IMG/VR virus record: IMGVR_UViG_3300042471_000954 | Location: 1-54,623 of that record | DNA: 54,623 bases | Reading direction: 5' to 3' (one strand) | Source: a virus | Lineage: Duplodnaviria > Caudoviricetes | Shown: one piece after another, positions 9,496 to 19,035 of the stretch | Numbering within the stretch: the first letter of the stretch is position 1 | Layout: each line of letters starts with the position of its first letter | Notes under the pieces: generated by a model | What the model saw: only the letters and a program-made list of their open reading frames with translations | Databases searched by the model: none | What the model was told of the DNA's origin: nothing | Program-made: the position numbers and the translations under genes

Positions 9496-10283
9496 CAGCC
9501 GGTCCCCGCGTTCCAGGTGTAGGACTCTTGACCCGGTGTCTTCGGTTTGTAGTTAGGGGAGGTTTCCACGGTGGGCCAGATCGAATCCCCGTAGCTGATC
9601 GTGATCTCCTCTGGCGGCGGGGGGTTGCCGATCGCCTCGATGGTGAGCAACTCGTTGATCGTCAGGAACGGCCCCTTGGTGGCAGGAACCAGCACCTTGC
9701 GGAGCCGTAGCTTCTCGGCAGCATCGATGAAGCCGTAGAAGCCCGATTCCGCGATGATCCGGCTGGCAATCTCCAGGTAGCCCCCGGATATATCGATGCT
9801 GGCCACCGCCTTGGCGAACGGGATCGCCGGGTTGCCCGTGGCCTGCGTGATCCCGCACCGGTCAAGCGCAACGGCTACCACGCTGCTCAGGAAGCAGATG
9901 TTTGGTGTCGAGCCTGCTGCCGTATCAACCGGTGTCCAGGCTGGGTAGTCGGCGGCGTAGTAAATCTCAGGCTGCACTAGATCCCACTTCAGGGCCAGTA
10001 GGCACCCGACCGTCAGAGTGGTTTCATTGTTGATCGGGTCGCTATCGGCCTTAATCACCCGCAGGCGCCTGGGGAACCGCGTAAGCCTCCCGCCGGGTGA
10101 GCGCACCCCCAACAGCAGCTCAGACCCCCGAGCAGGCTGGATTAGGCCGCTGATCACCACCTCCCCTTGCGTGCGCAGTAGGCCCACCCCCGGCGCCAGC
10201 GGATCATCCGATAGCTGCCCGCCGATCACAGGGCCCAGGTTGCTGAATACCTGTGCGCGAACATCAACCGGTGCGGCTGTCAT
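9495..10283 (-). CDS. minor tail protein (hub-like, putative)
   Basis: Second gene after tape measure; TGATG coupling. Confidence 0.6.
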   Translation of the reverse strand: MTAAPVDVRAQVFSNLGPVIGGQLSDDPLAPGVGLLRTQGEVVISGLIQPARGSELLLGVRSPGGRLTRFPRRLRVIKADSDPINNETTLTVGCLLALKWDLVQPEIYYAADYPAWTPVDTAAGSTPNICFLSSVVAVALDRCGITQATGNPAIPFAKAVASIDISGGYLEIASRIIAESGFYGFIDAAEKLRLRKVLVPATKGPFLTINELLTIEAIGNPPPPEEITISYGDSIWPTVETSPNYKPKTPGQESYTWNAGTG

Positions 10284-11053
10284 CAGGCAGCCCTCCGCTT
10301 GAGCTTCACGGTCACGATGTAGCGCTCCACCACCGCGCCACCGCTGACGATCTGATCACGCTCCAGGCCCAGCTCACCCACCGGCCAGAAGTCGCTAGCG
10401 CCAGGACGGGCCGCGATCGTGGCCGTAAACCATGCCTTTACCGCAGTCCAACCGGCGGAATTGGTGACCCCCCGAACGGTGCGCACCTCAGAGGCCACCA
10501 ACGGCCCCCGTGCCACGAACCCCCCGGTAGAAGTGGGCTCCAGGGTCGGGCCATCCTCAAAGCTCTCGGGCTGATCCAGCAGCGCCAGCGTGGTGGTGCC
10601 CAGGGTGATGGTGCCGTAGGCGGGCAGGAAGGCGTCACCGGCCAGCCTGCCCTTCTCGTTCTGCCGTAGCAGCACCGCCAGCTGCTGCGCTGCATCGATC
10701 AGGGTGAACGACACCTTCACCCATGCCCCGCCTTGCACCGTCTCGCCAACCGGCGCCCCGGTGAACCAACACGCCAGGCTGGTGACACTGCGGCCATGGG
10801 CGGAGCAGGTCAGTGCCACGGTGGCCCCCACCACCCGGCTGGCAATGGTGGGCGCTTCCAGGATCTTGGCTGCCTGCCACGCATCAAAGATTGTGCAGGT
10901 GGTCACCCACTGCGCCGGGGTGGCCAAGCCCGCTACGCTGAACCGCCTTGCCGTCAGCCCCTGCTCCGTCTCCGCCTCGGCATACCCGATCGGCTGCGCC
11001 TGCAGGTAGCGCAGCGTCAGGGTGGAGGCTCCGTAGACGAGCTGGATGCTCAT
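10283..11053 (-). CDS. distal-tail-like protein (putative)
   Basis: First gene after tape measure; two similar halves. Confidence 0.55.
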   Translation of the reverse strand: MSIQLVYGASTLTLRYLQAQPIGYAEAETEQGLTARRFSVAGLATPAQWVTTCTIFDAWQAAKILEAPTIASRVVGATVALTCSAHGRSVTSLACWFTGAPVGETVQGGAWVKVSFTLIDAAQQLAVLLRQNEKGRLAGDAFLPAYGTITLGTTTLALLDQPESFEDGPTLEPTSTGGFVARGPLVASEVRTVRGVTNSAGWTAVKAWFTATIAARPGASDFWPVGELGLERDQIVSGGAVVERYIVTVKLKRRAA

Positions 11054-11063
11054 CAGGGCACCC

Positions 11064-13928
11064 TCAACGCATCCGCGCCATGGTCTGCGCCAGCTTCAAG
11101 CCGGATCCATCCCCGCGCACCCCGACCGACACGTTCCACGCTTTGCGCCTCAGCTCGGCCACTTCCTGGCTCAGGTTTCCAACCGCGAGGGCCAGATGGG
11201 CTACTGCCGGATCGGACCCACCACGCAGCACGCCAGCGCCGCCGCCGAGGGCACCGGATTCCTTCAGGCGGCTGGTGATAGCAGCAGGGATCACCGTGCC
11301 TGGGGAGGGGGCCGTCCACAGGCTGTTGGCGGGCCGATTGATCAGGGACAGGGCGCCAGATGCTGACAGGAACGCCTCCTGGCCCAAGCTCATCCCGCTC
11401 GGGCCGTCGTTGATGCGGTACGTCTGGCCAGCATCCACAGGGCCACCCGTGAAGCGGGCAGGGGGGAGGCCAGAGGCTGCTGCCAGGGAGCGGTAGAACC
11501 TGTCGGCAGCGTTGGCCGCATTACCCATGTTGGTGCTGAGCCCTGCCGCCTGGCCCTTGGCTGCAGCGGTGGCCTTGGATGCCACGCCCATGAAGTCTTT
11601 GATGTCGTACGCGGCAGGCCCCACCCCCTTGCCCAGAGCCTGTCCGATCTCGTAGTACCCCCTGCCGGTGTCCCGCACCCGGAGGCCCACATCCTTGGCC
11701 AACTGGGCAAAGGCTCCCTGCTGGGCAAGTGGCACCTTCAGGCTGTCGCCCACGCTCTTGAACTGGTCGGCGGTGCCCTTGGCAGCCTTGAAGGTGCCAT
11801 CAGCGGCAAGTTGTAGGCCCTTTGCCTCGGCGGCAGCAAGGGCCCTATTGATTGCTTCCTCGTTGGTGGCATCAGCGATCCTGCCCTGTATAGGCTGGAT
11901 TTGCTGAAGGATCCCTAGGTTTTCATTGGCAATCTGCCTGTAAATATCCTTGATTTCTAGGTTTGCCCTTGCCGAGGCTTCCGCTTCTTTGTTGCTTTCG
12001 TTGATTGCCTTTGTTACCTCAAGCTCAGCCTCTTTGTATTCTGCGTTTGCTTTCCTTACCTCGCTGTTTGCCTCTGTAAGAGCCTGCTGCTGCTTCAATG
12101 CAAGCAGATCTCTTTCTAGTCCCTGCTGTGCTACTAATCCCTGAAACTTGGCGCTCATGGCGGCAGCTTCTATCTCTTCACCCCGGCGCTTAATGTCGTC
12201 TAACTCTCGCTCGCTTGCACCGCGCTTTTGTGCCTCCTGTAATTCGTAGTCGTTGCGACTTTTGATGATGCCAAAACGAGAATCTTCTAGGCTGATCAAT
12301 GCCTGGCCTAGATTGATGTTGGCTTGGCCAATTTGCAGCTGAGAGTCAGACTGCGCCTTGGCTAGCTTGCCCTGAGCATCCGCTATTTTCTGATCGTATT
12401 CAAGCCGCTCTAGCTGCTCTTTGTTATATGATTTTGCAAGGTCTAGAAGATCTTGGTTTCCTTGTGCTATTGCCTTGATTTGCTTCTCTTGCGCCTCCGT
12501 TAGCTGTGTTGTCCCAGTAAGTTGTGAGGTTATCCATTTTGCGCCAGATATAATAAGACTATCAAACCCCTCTTTTAGCTCGTAAACTGCCTTTGCTGGT
12601 GGGGTAAAAGTAAAAACGCTTTTAATGGCCCCGGCAGCTTCAACGGCTTTGCCTGTTAATGCTTGAACGAGCGAAATGCCCGTTGCAAGACGGCTTAAGA
12701 ATTCTCCTACCGATCCTCCTCCAGATGCTCCCAATACTGTAACAAGATTACTAGATGCGTTGGTAATTTTCTCAATTCCACCGGCAATGGTTGCCGAAGC
12801 AATTTCAGCGGCTGCCTTGGCCTGGCCGGTTTTCGTGATTTGATTATCCAGGAACTCGTTGTAATTTTTTAATTTATCGTTTGCAATTTGCTGGATGGGA
12901 GCTTGGGCTTCTACACTACCGGTCAAGATTGCAATGCTATCAGCTGACCCTTTGCTTTTTGTAACTACATCGGCTAGGAACCCAGCGAACCCACGCGCTT
13001 TTAGGCCAGTCAAGTTGTACTCTATTCCGAGCCTCTCTGCTTCATCCTTGGCTTGTTCTGAAGGTTTTATGATTGAACTGATGGCTTGCCTAAGTCCTGT
13101 AAATGTTTGCTCAACAGGAACTCCTTTCGCTGTAGCGTCGGCGATTGCAGCACTTAGCTCGCTCAAGGGAATATTTGCTGCAGCCGCAACGGCTGCAATA
13201 TTACCGATCTGCTTTCCAAATTGCGCAACTGTTATCTTGCCGTCATTTTGTGTTTGGATAAAGCTATCTACAATAGACGTAGCGTCTGAAGCTTCAAGCC
13301 CGTAAGAATTGATGACGGATGTTACAGCATCGGCTACAGTGGCAAGATCCGAGAATCCCCCGGTAGCGCCTAGCGCTGAAGCTCGCAGAATATCGACAAT
13401 CTCTGAGGTTTTGGTAAAGCCGCTTGATGCTACATCATAAGATGCTTGCATCAGCTCAACACGACTTACGTTGCCGTCTAGCTCTGTTGATAACTTCAGT
13501 AGTTCTTTGCTAAGTGCTTTTGAGTCAACGCCAAGGGTCCGCACCGCAGCGCTTGCGGTGTCAAGATCCATAATCTGCTTGCCAGCAAACTGAAGCGCTG
13601 CGCCAACCGTAAGAACCGAACCTGTTTGCAGCGCAAAGCTCTTCACACCATCAGTCAAGCTGCCCAGGATGCCATTGCCTTTACCCAATACGGAATTAAC
13701 ATCCCCTTGATTTTTGACGATGGTTTGTTGTGATTCGCCAAAGCTTTTTACTCCGCCTGTCGTCTCCCTAAGCTGTGTAGATAAGCCTGAGAGAGTTTTG
13801 TCGGTCCCGTTAAACCCGTCCTGGAAATTCTGCCCCGCCTGTTTCCCCGCCTGCCCGATCTGCCGCGAGGCATCGAGCACGCCTTTCACATCGGCGGTGA
13901 CCTTAACGACCCACTCATTGCCTGCCAT
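11064..13928 (-). CDS. tail tape measure protein
   Basis: 954 aa Ala/Gly-rich helical protein; TP901-type core (ASYDVASSG...TQNDGKITV...GLRQAISSI); C-terminal RFTGGPV..G..Y.IND motif. Confidence 0.9.
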   Translation of the reverse strand: MAGNEWVVKVTADVKGVLDASRQIGQAGKQAGQNFQDGFNGTDKTLSGLSTQLRETTGGVKSFGESQQTIVKNQGDVNSVLGKGNGILGSLTDGVKSFALQTGSVLTVGAALQFAGKQIMDLDTASAAVRTLGVDSKALSKELLKLSTELDGNVSRVELMQASYDVASSGFTKTSEIVDILRASALGATGGFSDLATVADAVTSVINSYGLEASDATSIVDSFIQTQNDGKITVAQFGKQIGNIAAVAAAANIPLSELSAAIADATAKGVPVEQTFTGLRQAISSIIKPSEQAKDEAERLGIEYNLTGLKARGFAGFLADVVTKSKGSADSIAILTGSVEAQAPIQQIANDKLKNYNEFLDNQITKTGQAKAAAEIASATIAGGIEKITNASSNLVTVLGASGGGSVGEFLSRLATGISLVQALTGKAVEAAGAIKSVFTFTPPAKAVYELKEGFDSLIISGAKWITSQLTGTTQLTEAQEKQIKAIAQGNQDLLDLAKSYNKEQLERLEYDQKIADAQGKLAKAQSDSQLQIGQANINLGQALISLEDSRFGIIKSRNDYELQEAQKRGASERELDDIKRRGEEIEAAAMSAKFQGLVAQQGLERDLLALKQQQALTEANSEVRKANAEYKEAELEVTKAINESNKEAEASARANLEIKDIYRQIANENLGILQQIQPIQGRIADATNEEAINRALAAAEAKGLQLAADGTFKAAKGTADQFKSVGDSLKVPLAQQGAFAQLAKDVGLRVRDTGRGYYEIGQALGKGVGPAAYDIKDFMGVASKATAAAKGQAAGLSTNMGNAANAADRFYRSLAAASGLPPARFTGGPVDAGQTYRINDGPSGMSLGQEAFLSASGALSLINRPANSLWTAPSPGTVIPAAITSRLKESGALGGGAGVLRGGSDPAVAHLALAVGNLSQEVAELRRKAWNVSVGVRGDGSGLKLAQTMARMR

Positions 13929-13929
13929 C

Positions 13930-14376
13930 TCAGCTTCCTGGTGTCACGACGTACTGGGTGGGGTTTGTCCAGCTGATGGCGTACTGATCCAGTACCCCGA
14001 GCCCCTGCCCCGGCGCATCACCACCGATCGGCACCGCACGGCAGCCGGGCAGGAGGCTGATGATCCGCTGGGTCAGCGACTGCAGAGCCGATAGGTCGGT
14101 TGAGGGTGACCACTCGCTCACGTACAGCCGGAACTGTGGATTCAGCCCCGTCTCCCCGGTGAGCATCGCCTCGGGGCTGTAGTCGGGGTTGTTGAGGATC
14201 ACCACCTCCAGGCCAGCCACGGCCACCCCCTCGGGTAGCTGCTCATTGCGGCGCACCACGGCGATGGCAGGGACAGGGCTCTGGCCGCGAGGCGTGTACG
14301 TGCCTAGGGCTGCGCTGACCACCGCATCGCCCGCCAGCAGGTCGTACAGCTCCTGTGCAGTGGCGGGAAGGCTCAT
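13930..14376 (-). CDS. tail terminator-like protein (putative)
   Basis: 148 aa directly upstream of TMP; preceded by the late-promoter-like motif. Confidence 0.5.
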   Translation of the reverse strand: MSLPATAQELYDLLAGDAVVSAALGTYTPRGQSPVPAIAVVRRNEQLPEGVAVAGLEVVILNNPDYSPEAMLTGETGLNPQFRLYVSEWSPSTDLSALQSLTQRIISLLPGCRAVPIGGDAPGQGLGVLDQYAISWTNPTQYVVTPGS

Positions 14377-14430
14377 GCCTCAGCTTTCCCGGCGGGCAAG
14401 CCGATCAGGGAACCGGGAGGCGTTGCCCTT

Positions 14431-14458
14431 TTCAAACGGCTTACAGATGAGGTAGAAT
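14431..14458 (+). promoter_or_regulatory. sigma70-type promoter of + strand moron cassette, overlapped by ACGGCTTA motif
   Basis: TTCAAA-16 nt-TAGAAT upstream of ATG 14486. Confidence 0.5.
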
Positions 14459-14485
14459 GCGAAAGTCACCACCGCACGACCGACC

Positions 14486-14890
14486 ATGGGAGAAGCAAGG
14501 CGCCGTAAAAAGGCGCTGGGATTTGCCTACGGCACACCGGAAAACAGTAATCACCCTCTTATTGCTTACCAAGGATTTACTCAAAAGGAACTGGATTCAA
14601 AAGCACTGCAGCACATTCAAGCCGCATTTGCTAAAGGTCAGCACGTTACACTAATTGGCACACAGGCGGCCCGCCCACTGGCAGAGGCTGCAAACCTGCC
14701 GTGGCTACACGAATTACCAAAAGGCAATCCCATACCTGAATCGGTGGCATGGGATGTTGAAATTGCGGCAAATGGTGGGCCAATACTGCATCAGTCCGAT
14801 CGTCCTAATGGAGGCATTGTGATTCTTGGTGCTGGTTCGAGCCAATGGCTTGAAAAGGCGATAGCGGGCCATCAACCATACATTAAGTAA
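14486..14890 (+). CDS. hypothetical moron protein
   Basis: 134 aa; MGEARRRK N-terminus resembles that of cyanobacterial small proteins; AT-richer and opposite strand to tail genes. Confidence 0.65.
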   Translation: MGEARRRKKALGFAYGTPENSNHPLIAYQGFTQKELDSKALQHIQAAFAKGQHVTLIGTQAARPLAEAANLPWLHELPKGNPIPESVAWDVEIAANGGPILHQSDRPNGGIVILGAGSSQWLEKAIAGHQPYIK

Positions 14891-14948
14891 AGCAAAGTGG
14901 TGTAACACATGACGCCACCTAAACCCCCAACCACACAAACAAACCACC

Positions 14949-15611
14949 GTGACAAAAGAAAGCCTCTCGTCCGTTGACATATGGACGCGCCCAGCAGAAT
15001 CAAAGCTTAGAACTGAGGCGCTAAGACGCAGCGCCAACAAGCCGCTTGACGAACCCTACGCCTTTTGGGAGCGAAGGGGAAAAACAGTATTTGTTAGTGA
15101 AATCAAAGGCATGTCCATTGAGGATCTGGATGTCTTAGCAAGTGACATGCAAGTGAAGTGGAATGAGCTAAACAGCGAAATCTCAACAGAGTACGCCAGG
15201 CTTGCGTCTGTTCCTGAAACGCAGCCATCAGTTGCTGACAAGTTAAGACTGACAATACGAAGAATGGTGCGTAAAAAGACACACGCCAAGACGATATGGT
15301 GGGAAGTGACAAGGCAAAAGAGTTATCTCAATAAAGACAAGCATAGGCCAAAGCCGAAACTTGTTAATAGCCAGCGAGACAAAGATAGCTTAACAGCTTT
15401 GGGTAGCAAAATGAATTACTTTAGAATCAAAGAACTTATGCTTTTGATTCGCGCTGAGATTGGCGATGCGCGGTTTGATGTATTAGAAAGCCAAGCGCGA
15501 GCGCAAGCTGTTCCGTTATTTCAGGCGTGGGTCACTACTACTGATACCCCGCCTGTGTTGATTGAACATGTACTACTGGAAAACCAAAAGCACATGCTCC
15601 CCACGCTCTAG
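14949..15611 (+). CDS. hypothetical moron protein
   Basis: 220 aa basic/helical ORF, AT-richer. Confidence 0.65.
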   Translation: MTKESLSSVDIWTRPAESKLRTEALRRSANKPLDEPYAFWERRGKTVFVSEIKGMSIEDLDVLASDMQVKWNELNSEISTEYARLASVPETQPSVADKLRLTIRRMVRKKTHAKTIWWEVTRQKSYLNKDKHRPKPKLVNSQRDKDSLTALGSKMNYFRIKELMLLIRAEIGDARFDVLESQARAQAVPLFQAWVTTTDTPPVLIEHVLLENQKHMLPTL

Positions 15612-15673
15612 CGCTCGGGATCCCATCCGCCAGGCCCTTTCCACCGATTCACCACCACCAGACCCCCGTTTCC

Positions 15674-15985
15674 ATGACTGCTAATTTTGACTGGAACGAC
15701 GAAAGCGTGCCAGTTGGTAAGCGCAAAGTTGCTTTTGTTAAGTGGTTGACCAAGAAACGGAAAGTTTCGCTCATTCAAGCTAAAGTGATGGCTAACTCAA
15801 AATTTGGACCGTCCCAAGCCTCGCTGCAAAGCGAACGCATCCGCCAAGAGCATAAGAAGCGGCACCGCGATCAGTCCGCCATCCGCCGTTTTGGGCACGT
15901 TGCGCAGTACGAAGAGCCAGCCCCGGCAACGGTTAACCACGACATTGCTGGTCTGCTCAAGCGACTAAGCCTGCCTACGTCCTAA
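15674..15985 (+). CDS. hypothetical basic protein
   Basis: 103 aa with ACCACCACC leader. Confidence 0.6.
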   Translation: MTANFDWNDESVPVGKRKVAFVKWLTKKRKVSLIQAKVMANSKFGPSQASLQSERIRQEHKKRHRDQSAIRRFGHVAQYEEPAPATVNHDIAGLLKRLSLPTS

Positions 15986-16029
15986 CGCCCGTTACAGCCG
16001 GAAACCTGCCGCAACACTGCCCGCCCGCC

Positions 16030-16263
16030 ATGGAAGCCCCAGTCATGGAAGCCCGCTCCTGCCCACGCTGCGGCGCCCTCTGGCTAGGCGAGCAGCTTTA
16101 CTGGGCCACCGGCAAGCCCGCCTCAGAGCTTGATCTAGCGGGCCTCGTCTGCAACATGGCCAACGACCCCGCCTGCATCAACCCGTGCAAGGGCCATGAA
16201 GGTGGCGACACCTGGGCCAAGCGCATAGAGCGGGTCAGCCAGCCTTTTAGCGTTGATGCATAA
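16030..16263 (+). CDS. Cys-rich conserved cyanophage-type protein
   Basis: CPRCGALW...YWATGK...DLAGLVCN...CINPCKG..GGDTW pattern recognised from cyanophage hypotheticals; late-type motif upstream. Confidence 0.7.
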   Translation: MEAPVMEARSCPRCGALWLGEQLYWATGKPASELDLAGLVCNMANDPACINPCKGHEGGDTWAKRIERVSQPFSVDA

Positions 16264-16271
16264 AGGGCAAT

Positions 16272-16295
16272 AAAAAGCCCCGGCAGCACCGGGGC
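16272..16295 (-). terminator. rho-independent terminator
   Basis: Minus strand GCCCCGG-TGCTG-CCGGGGC-TTTTT, between convergent genes. Confidence 0.8.
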
Positions 16296-16333
16296 CATCA
16301 ACTCAAACACCGGGATTCCCGTTGTTTGCTTGG

Positions 16334-16606
16334 CTACCACTTGACCCTGTTCGCCCAGTAGGCGGCGCTCATCGGACCCTTGGCGATGTTGTCAGCGTGG
16401 CGAGCCTTGAAGCTCGCACGGCGGGCCTTCTGGGCATCGGTGCGAGGGTTCTTCCCGGCACCACTCACCCCCTGCTGACCGAACCGGATCAGCCGGACCT
16501 TCTCACCCTCCTTAGCCAGCACCGCATGGCTCTTGGTGGCGTGCTGGGGGGTCCGCTTGGGCTTGTTGTAACCCTCAAACGTCTCCCCCCGAACAGTGAT
16601 CGCCAT
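16334..16606 (-). CDS. conserved basic phage protein
   Basis: GYNKPKRTP..KSHAVLAK..IRFGQQG...RRASFKARH...SAAYWA.RVKW, a widespread aquatic phage family. Confidence 0.75.
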   Translation of the reverse strand: MAITVRGETFEGYNKPKRTPQHATKSHAVLAKEGEKVRLIRFGQQGVSGAGKNPRTDAQKARRASFKARHADNIAKGPMSAAYWANRVKW

Positions 16607-16608
16607 GA

Positions 16609-17442
16609 TCAGAGCAGATCGAGGCCAACCTTGCCGTAACCGGCCAGGCTCACCTGGAACTTGATCACCGTGCCAGCAGCCTGCTCAGGCTGGTAGCTCT
16701 CGAAGAAGCCATAGCCGTACTCCACCTGCTTCCCGTTGTTCGGGCCGATGACGGCGTACTCAACCATCAACTTCTCGCTCACGTTGAACTCTTCACAGAT
16801 CCGCATGGCACGCCACGCAGGATCGGCGAAATTCATCGCCCCGCTGATGCTCCAGGTCTTGTCCCTGGCGGTAGGAATCGGGGTGTTGTAGCTGCCCGCC
16901 TCGTCGTCGTAGGTGGTGACCGATTCCTTGGTGGTGCTGTTGCTGGGCTGGATATTGGTTAGACCCAGCAGGCGGAACGGGGGATCGGTGCCGTCGAGCA
17001 GGAGAGAGGGGGCCACCACACCAGCAGATACAGCAGCAGTGGTGATCGCCGAACCGGTCAGGGCATAGGTCAGGGTGTGCGGCGAGGTGGTGGTCACAGC
17101 CGTCACCACGAACGACCCGTTGAGGGTGGCGAAGGGAGCAGGAAGATCCTTGACGACGATCCGCTTGCCCACCGCGATGCCGTGGGCATCAGCAAAGGTC
17201 AGGGTTGCGGTGGTGCTGGTGCTCACGGCATTGGTAACCGCCTTGGTGCCGACACCGAATGCAAAGTTATCGCCGGTTCCAGCCGTGATCACCTTGGCGG
17301 TGGAGCTTTGCAGGGTGGTGTTGTCGATGAACTTGCCGGTGCCAAGCCCGCCGAGATTGACGCGGGCGAGGTCAACCGCCGAAGACTTGAGGGGGGTGAA
17401 GAAGAACCTAAAGCCGTAGGCCTGTTCCCATGCCTGAGTCAT
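16609..17442 (-). CDS. major tail (tube) protein with inserted beta domain
   Basis: C-terminal half (ESVTTYDD...KTWSISG...GYGFFESY...VIKFQVSLAGYG) is siphovirus tail-tube-like. Confidence 0.75.
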   Translation of the reverse strand: MTQAWEQAYGFRFFFTPLKSSAVDLARVNLGGLGTGKFIDNTTLQSSTAKVITAGTGDNFAFGVGTKAVTNAVSTSTTATLTFADAHGIAVGKRIVVKDLPAPFATLNGSFVVTAVTTTSPHTLTYALTGSAITTAAVSAGVVAPSLLLDGTDPPFRLLGLTNIQPSNSTTKESVTTYDDEAGSYNTPIPTARDKTWSISGAMNFADPAWRAMRICEEFNVSEKLMVEYAVIGPNNGKQVEYGYGFFESYQPEQAAGTVIKFQVSLAGYGKVGLDLL

Positions 17443-17529
17443 GATCCTGCCGGCGCTGCCGGTGCGTTACCTCGCAGGTTCCCGCCATGGCTTAAGCCTT
17501 CTCAGCGGCTTAGGTGGGAAAGCTGAGGC

Positions 17530-17793
17530 ATGGCTTCCTACCCTCGCGGCGTTTCCCACTGTCCCCATAACGCACGGCGCCCATATCAGGCTCGCGTGTG
17601 GTGGGCCGGAAGGCGGTGGTCGCTGGGCTACTTCACGTCGATTCAGGCTGCAGCGCAGGCGGTGGAGGATTGCTATCGCCAGATCGAACGATGGGCAGCC
17701 ATGAACCTGCCGCCGCCCATGCTGGCGCTGCAACATCGGGAGCGGGTGGCACCTGCAGGGTCACCAGCCGCTGCGGATCATCCGCCAACCTGA
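17530..17793 (+). CDS. stand-alone AP2-domain DNA-binding protein
   Basis: YPRGV...YQARVWWAGRRWSLGYFTS..AAAQA is an AP2/ERF signature. Confidence 0.75.
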   Translation: MASYPRGVSHCPHNARRPYQARVWWAGRRWSLGYFTSIQAAAQAVEDCYRQIERWAAMNLPPPMLALQHRERVAPAGSPAAADHPPT

Positions 17794-18328
17794 AGACCCG
17801 TTCTTGCCCCGCTGCGGTGTCCTCCGCCAGCAGCAGCCCCCGCCAGCCGTCCTGATGCTCCACCGGGGCGAGCAGAAGGGCATCGTCTGCCAGCAGGGCC
17901 AGCAGTGGTGGCGGTGGCGTCCCCTCCCCGGCGGTGGCCAGGGCGTCGTAGAAGGCCATAGCGAACCCTGGCACCTGCACCGCTTCGCAGAGGGCCAGCA
18001 TCGCCGCGCCAGCTGCAGCAGGCGGCCCCTCGGCTGCGTCCTGATTCTTGGGCGGCAGGAACCAGCAGAACTCCTCCATCGTGAACGGCTCGCGGCGCTT
18101 CTCGGTGTCCCGGTGAGCGCTGGCATACCAGGCGTGGAAATTGGCGATCGGCCGCTCTGCCGCGTGCAGCCGTTCCCTCAGGAGGCGGGTGCCTTGGTCG
18201 AGCGCTTCCCAGATCGTGACTTCGGGGCACCAGGCGAACTGCTCGCTGGTGAAGGCATGGTGACGGGGCCAGAGGTCGCAGAGTTGCCAGAAGATGGCTC
18301 CCCAGTCGGTGGGAGGTTGGGCTTTCCC
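17633..18328 (-). CDS. tail assembly chaperone, frameshifted (GT) extension
   Basis: The -1 frame from GGGAAAG reads KAQPPTDWGAIFWQLCDLWP...REPFT and continues without a stop into track ORF 17633-18079. Confidence 0.75.
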   Translation of the reverse strand, partial: GKAQPPTDWGAIFWQLCDLWPRHHAFTSEQFAWCPEVTIWEALDQGTRLLRERLHAAERPIANFHAWYASAHRDTEKRREPFTMEEFCWFLPPKNQDAAEGPPAAAGAAMLALCEAVQVPGFAMAFYDALATAGEGTPPPPLLALLADDALLLAPVEHQDGWRGLLLAEDTAAGQERVFRLADDPQRLVTLQVPPAPDVAAPAWAAAGSWLPIVRSGDSNPPPPALQPEST

Positions 18329-18882
18329 AGGCTGTCGGCCATCATTTGCAGCGTGGCCGCAGGATCAGCTGGTGCAGCGCCCCCGCGTTGCTCGCGCAGC
18401 ATGAAGGCGTAGACGGCATTGCGGAGCCCCTCGGTCAGGTTGCGGGTGTCGTCGTCGGTCCATTTGGCGCAGTCGGGATCCACCTTGCCCAGCCGGTAAA
18501 TGATCGCGGCGGTGACGAGACGAGTGACCTGCGCCTCGTTCTGAGCTGACAGGCGGTTGTCAATATCGCGGATCAGGCGGTGCTCACGCTGGCGGATGCA
18601 GTCCTCCTTGGGCTCCAGCACTACCGGGATCCCGATGTGCTTGGCCATCAGGCGAGCGGCCACTAGGTTGGCGTCAACCTCGGGTAGGTCGTCCATCTCT
18701 TGGATGATGCGGGCCAGCCGGTGGGTCTGCTCGTTCACTGTGGACTGGTAGTCGATCTCGTCGAGCATCATCCGCTCCCCAGCCAGCAGGCTGTTGAAGA
18801 CGGGGAACTCCAGGATGCCGGTGGTCTCGTCCCCCACCTGCTCGACCTTGACTTCCGGGGCGGTGACAAAGGGAAGCGGCAC
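18178..18882 (-). CDS. tail assembly chaperone (G-like)
   Basis: Probable GTG start at 18882 after late-type motif; contains LGK encoded by CTG GGA AAG, followed by a low-complexity tail. Confidence 0.7.
   Translation of the reverse strand: MPLPFVTAPEVKVEQVGDETTGILEFPVFNSLLAGERMMLDEIDYQSTVNEQTHRLARIIQEMDDLPEVDANLVAARLMAKHIGIPVVLEPKEDCIRQREHRLIRDIDNRLSAQNEAQVTRLVTAAIIYRLGKVDPDCAKWTDDDTRNLTEGLRNAVYAFMLREQRGGAAPADPAATLQMMADSLGKPNLPPTGEPSSGNSATSGPVTMPSPASSSPGAPKSRSGKRSTKAPAS
18322..18328 (-). other. -1 programmed ribosomal frameshift site GGGAAAG
   Basis: Same heptamer as the lambda G-T slippery site, in the correct phase (G GGA AAG), with an open -1 frame. Confidence 0.8.
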
Positions 18883-19035
18883 GGTGCTGTTGTGTTTTCT
18901 CAGCTTGCCGTTGTGGCTTAGGGAAGCGCAATGGCTTATGATGTGGGGGCTGGGGGGGTTGCGCTGGCGTGGGCGAGCGTCTGACACTACGACCGCTGCC
19001 CTTGCTCCGGCACCCATTCACCACCACCACCGACC

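Noticed and set aside
18322-18330. GGGAAAGC as a late promoter
   Set aside because: It lies inside a CDS in exact slippery-site phase and lacks the terminal T of the motif; the frameshift explains it better.
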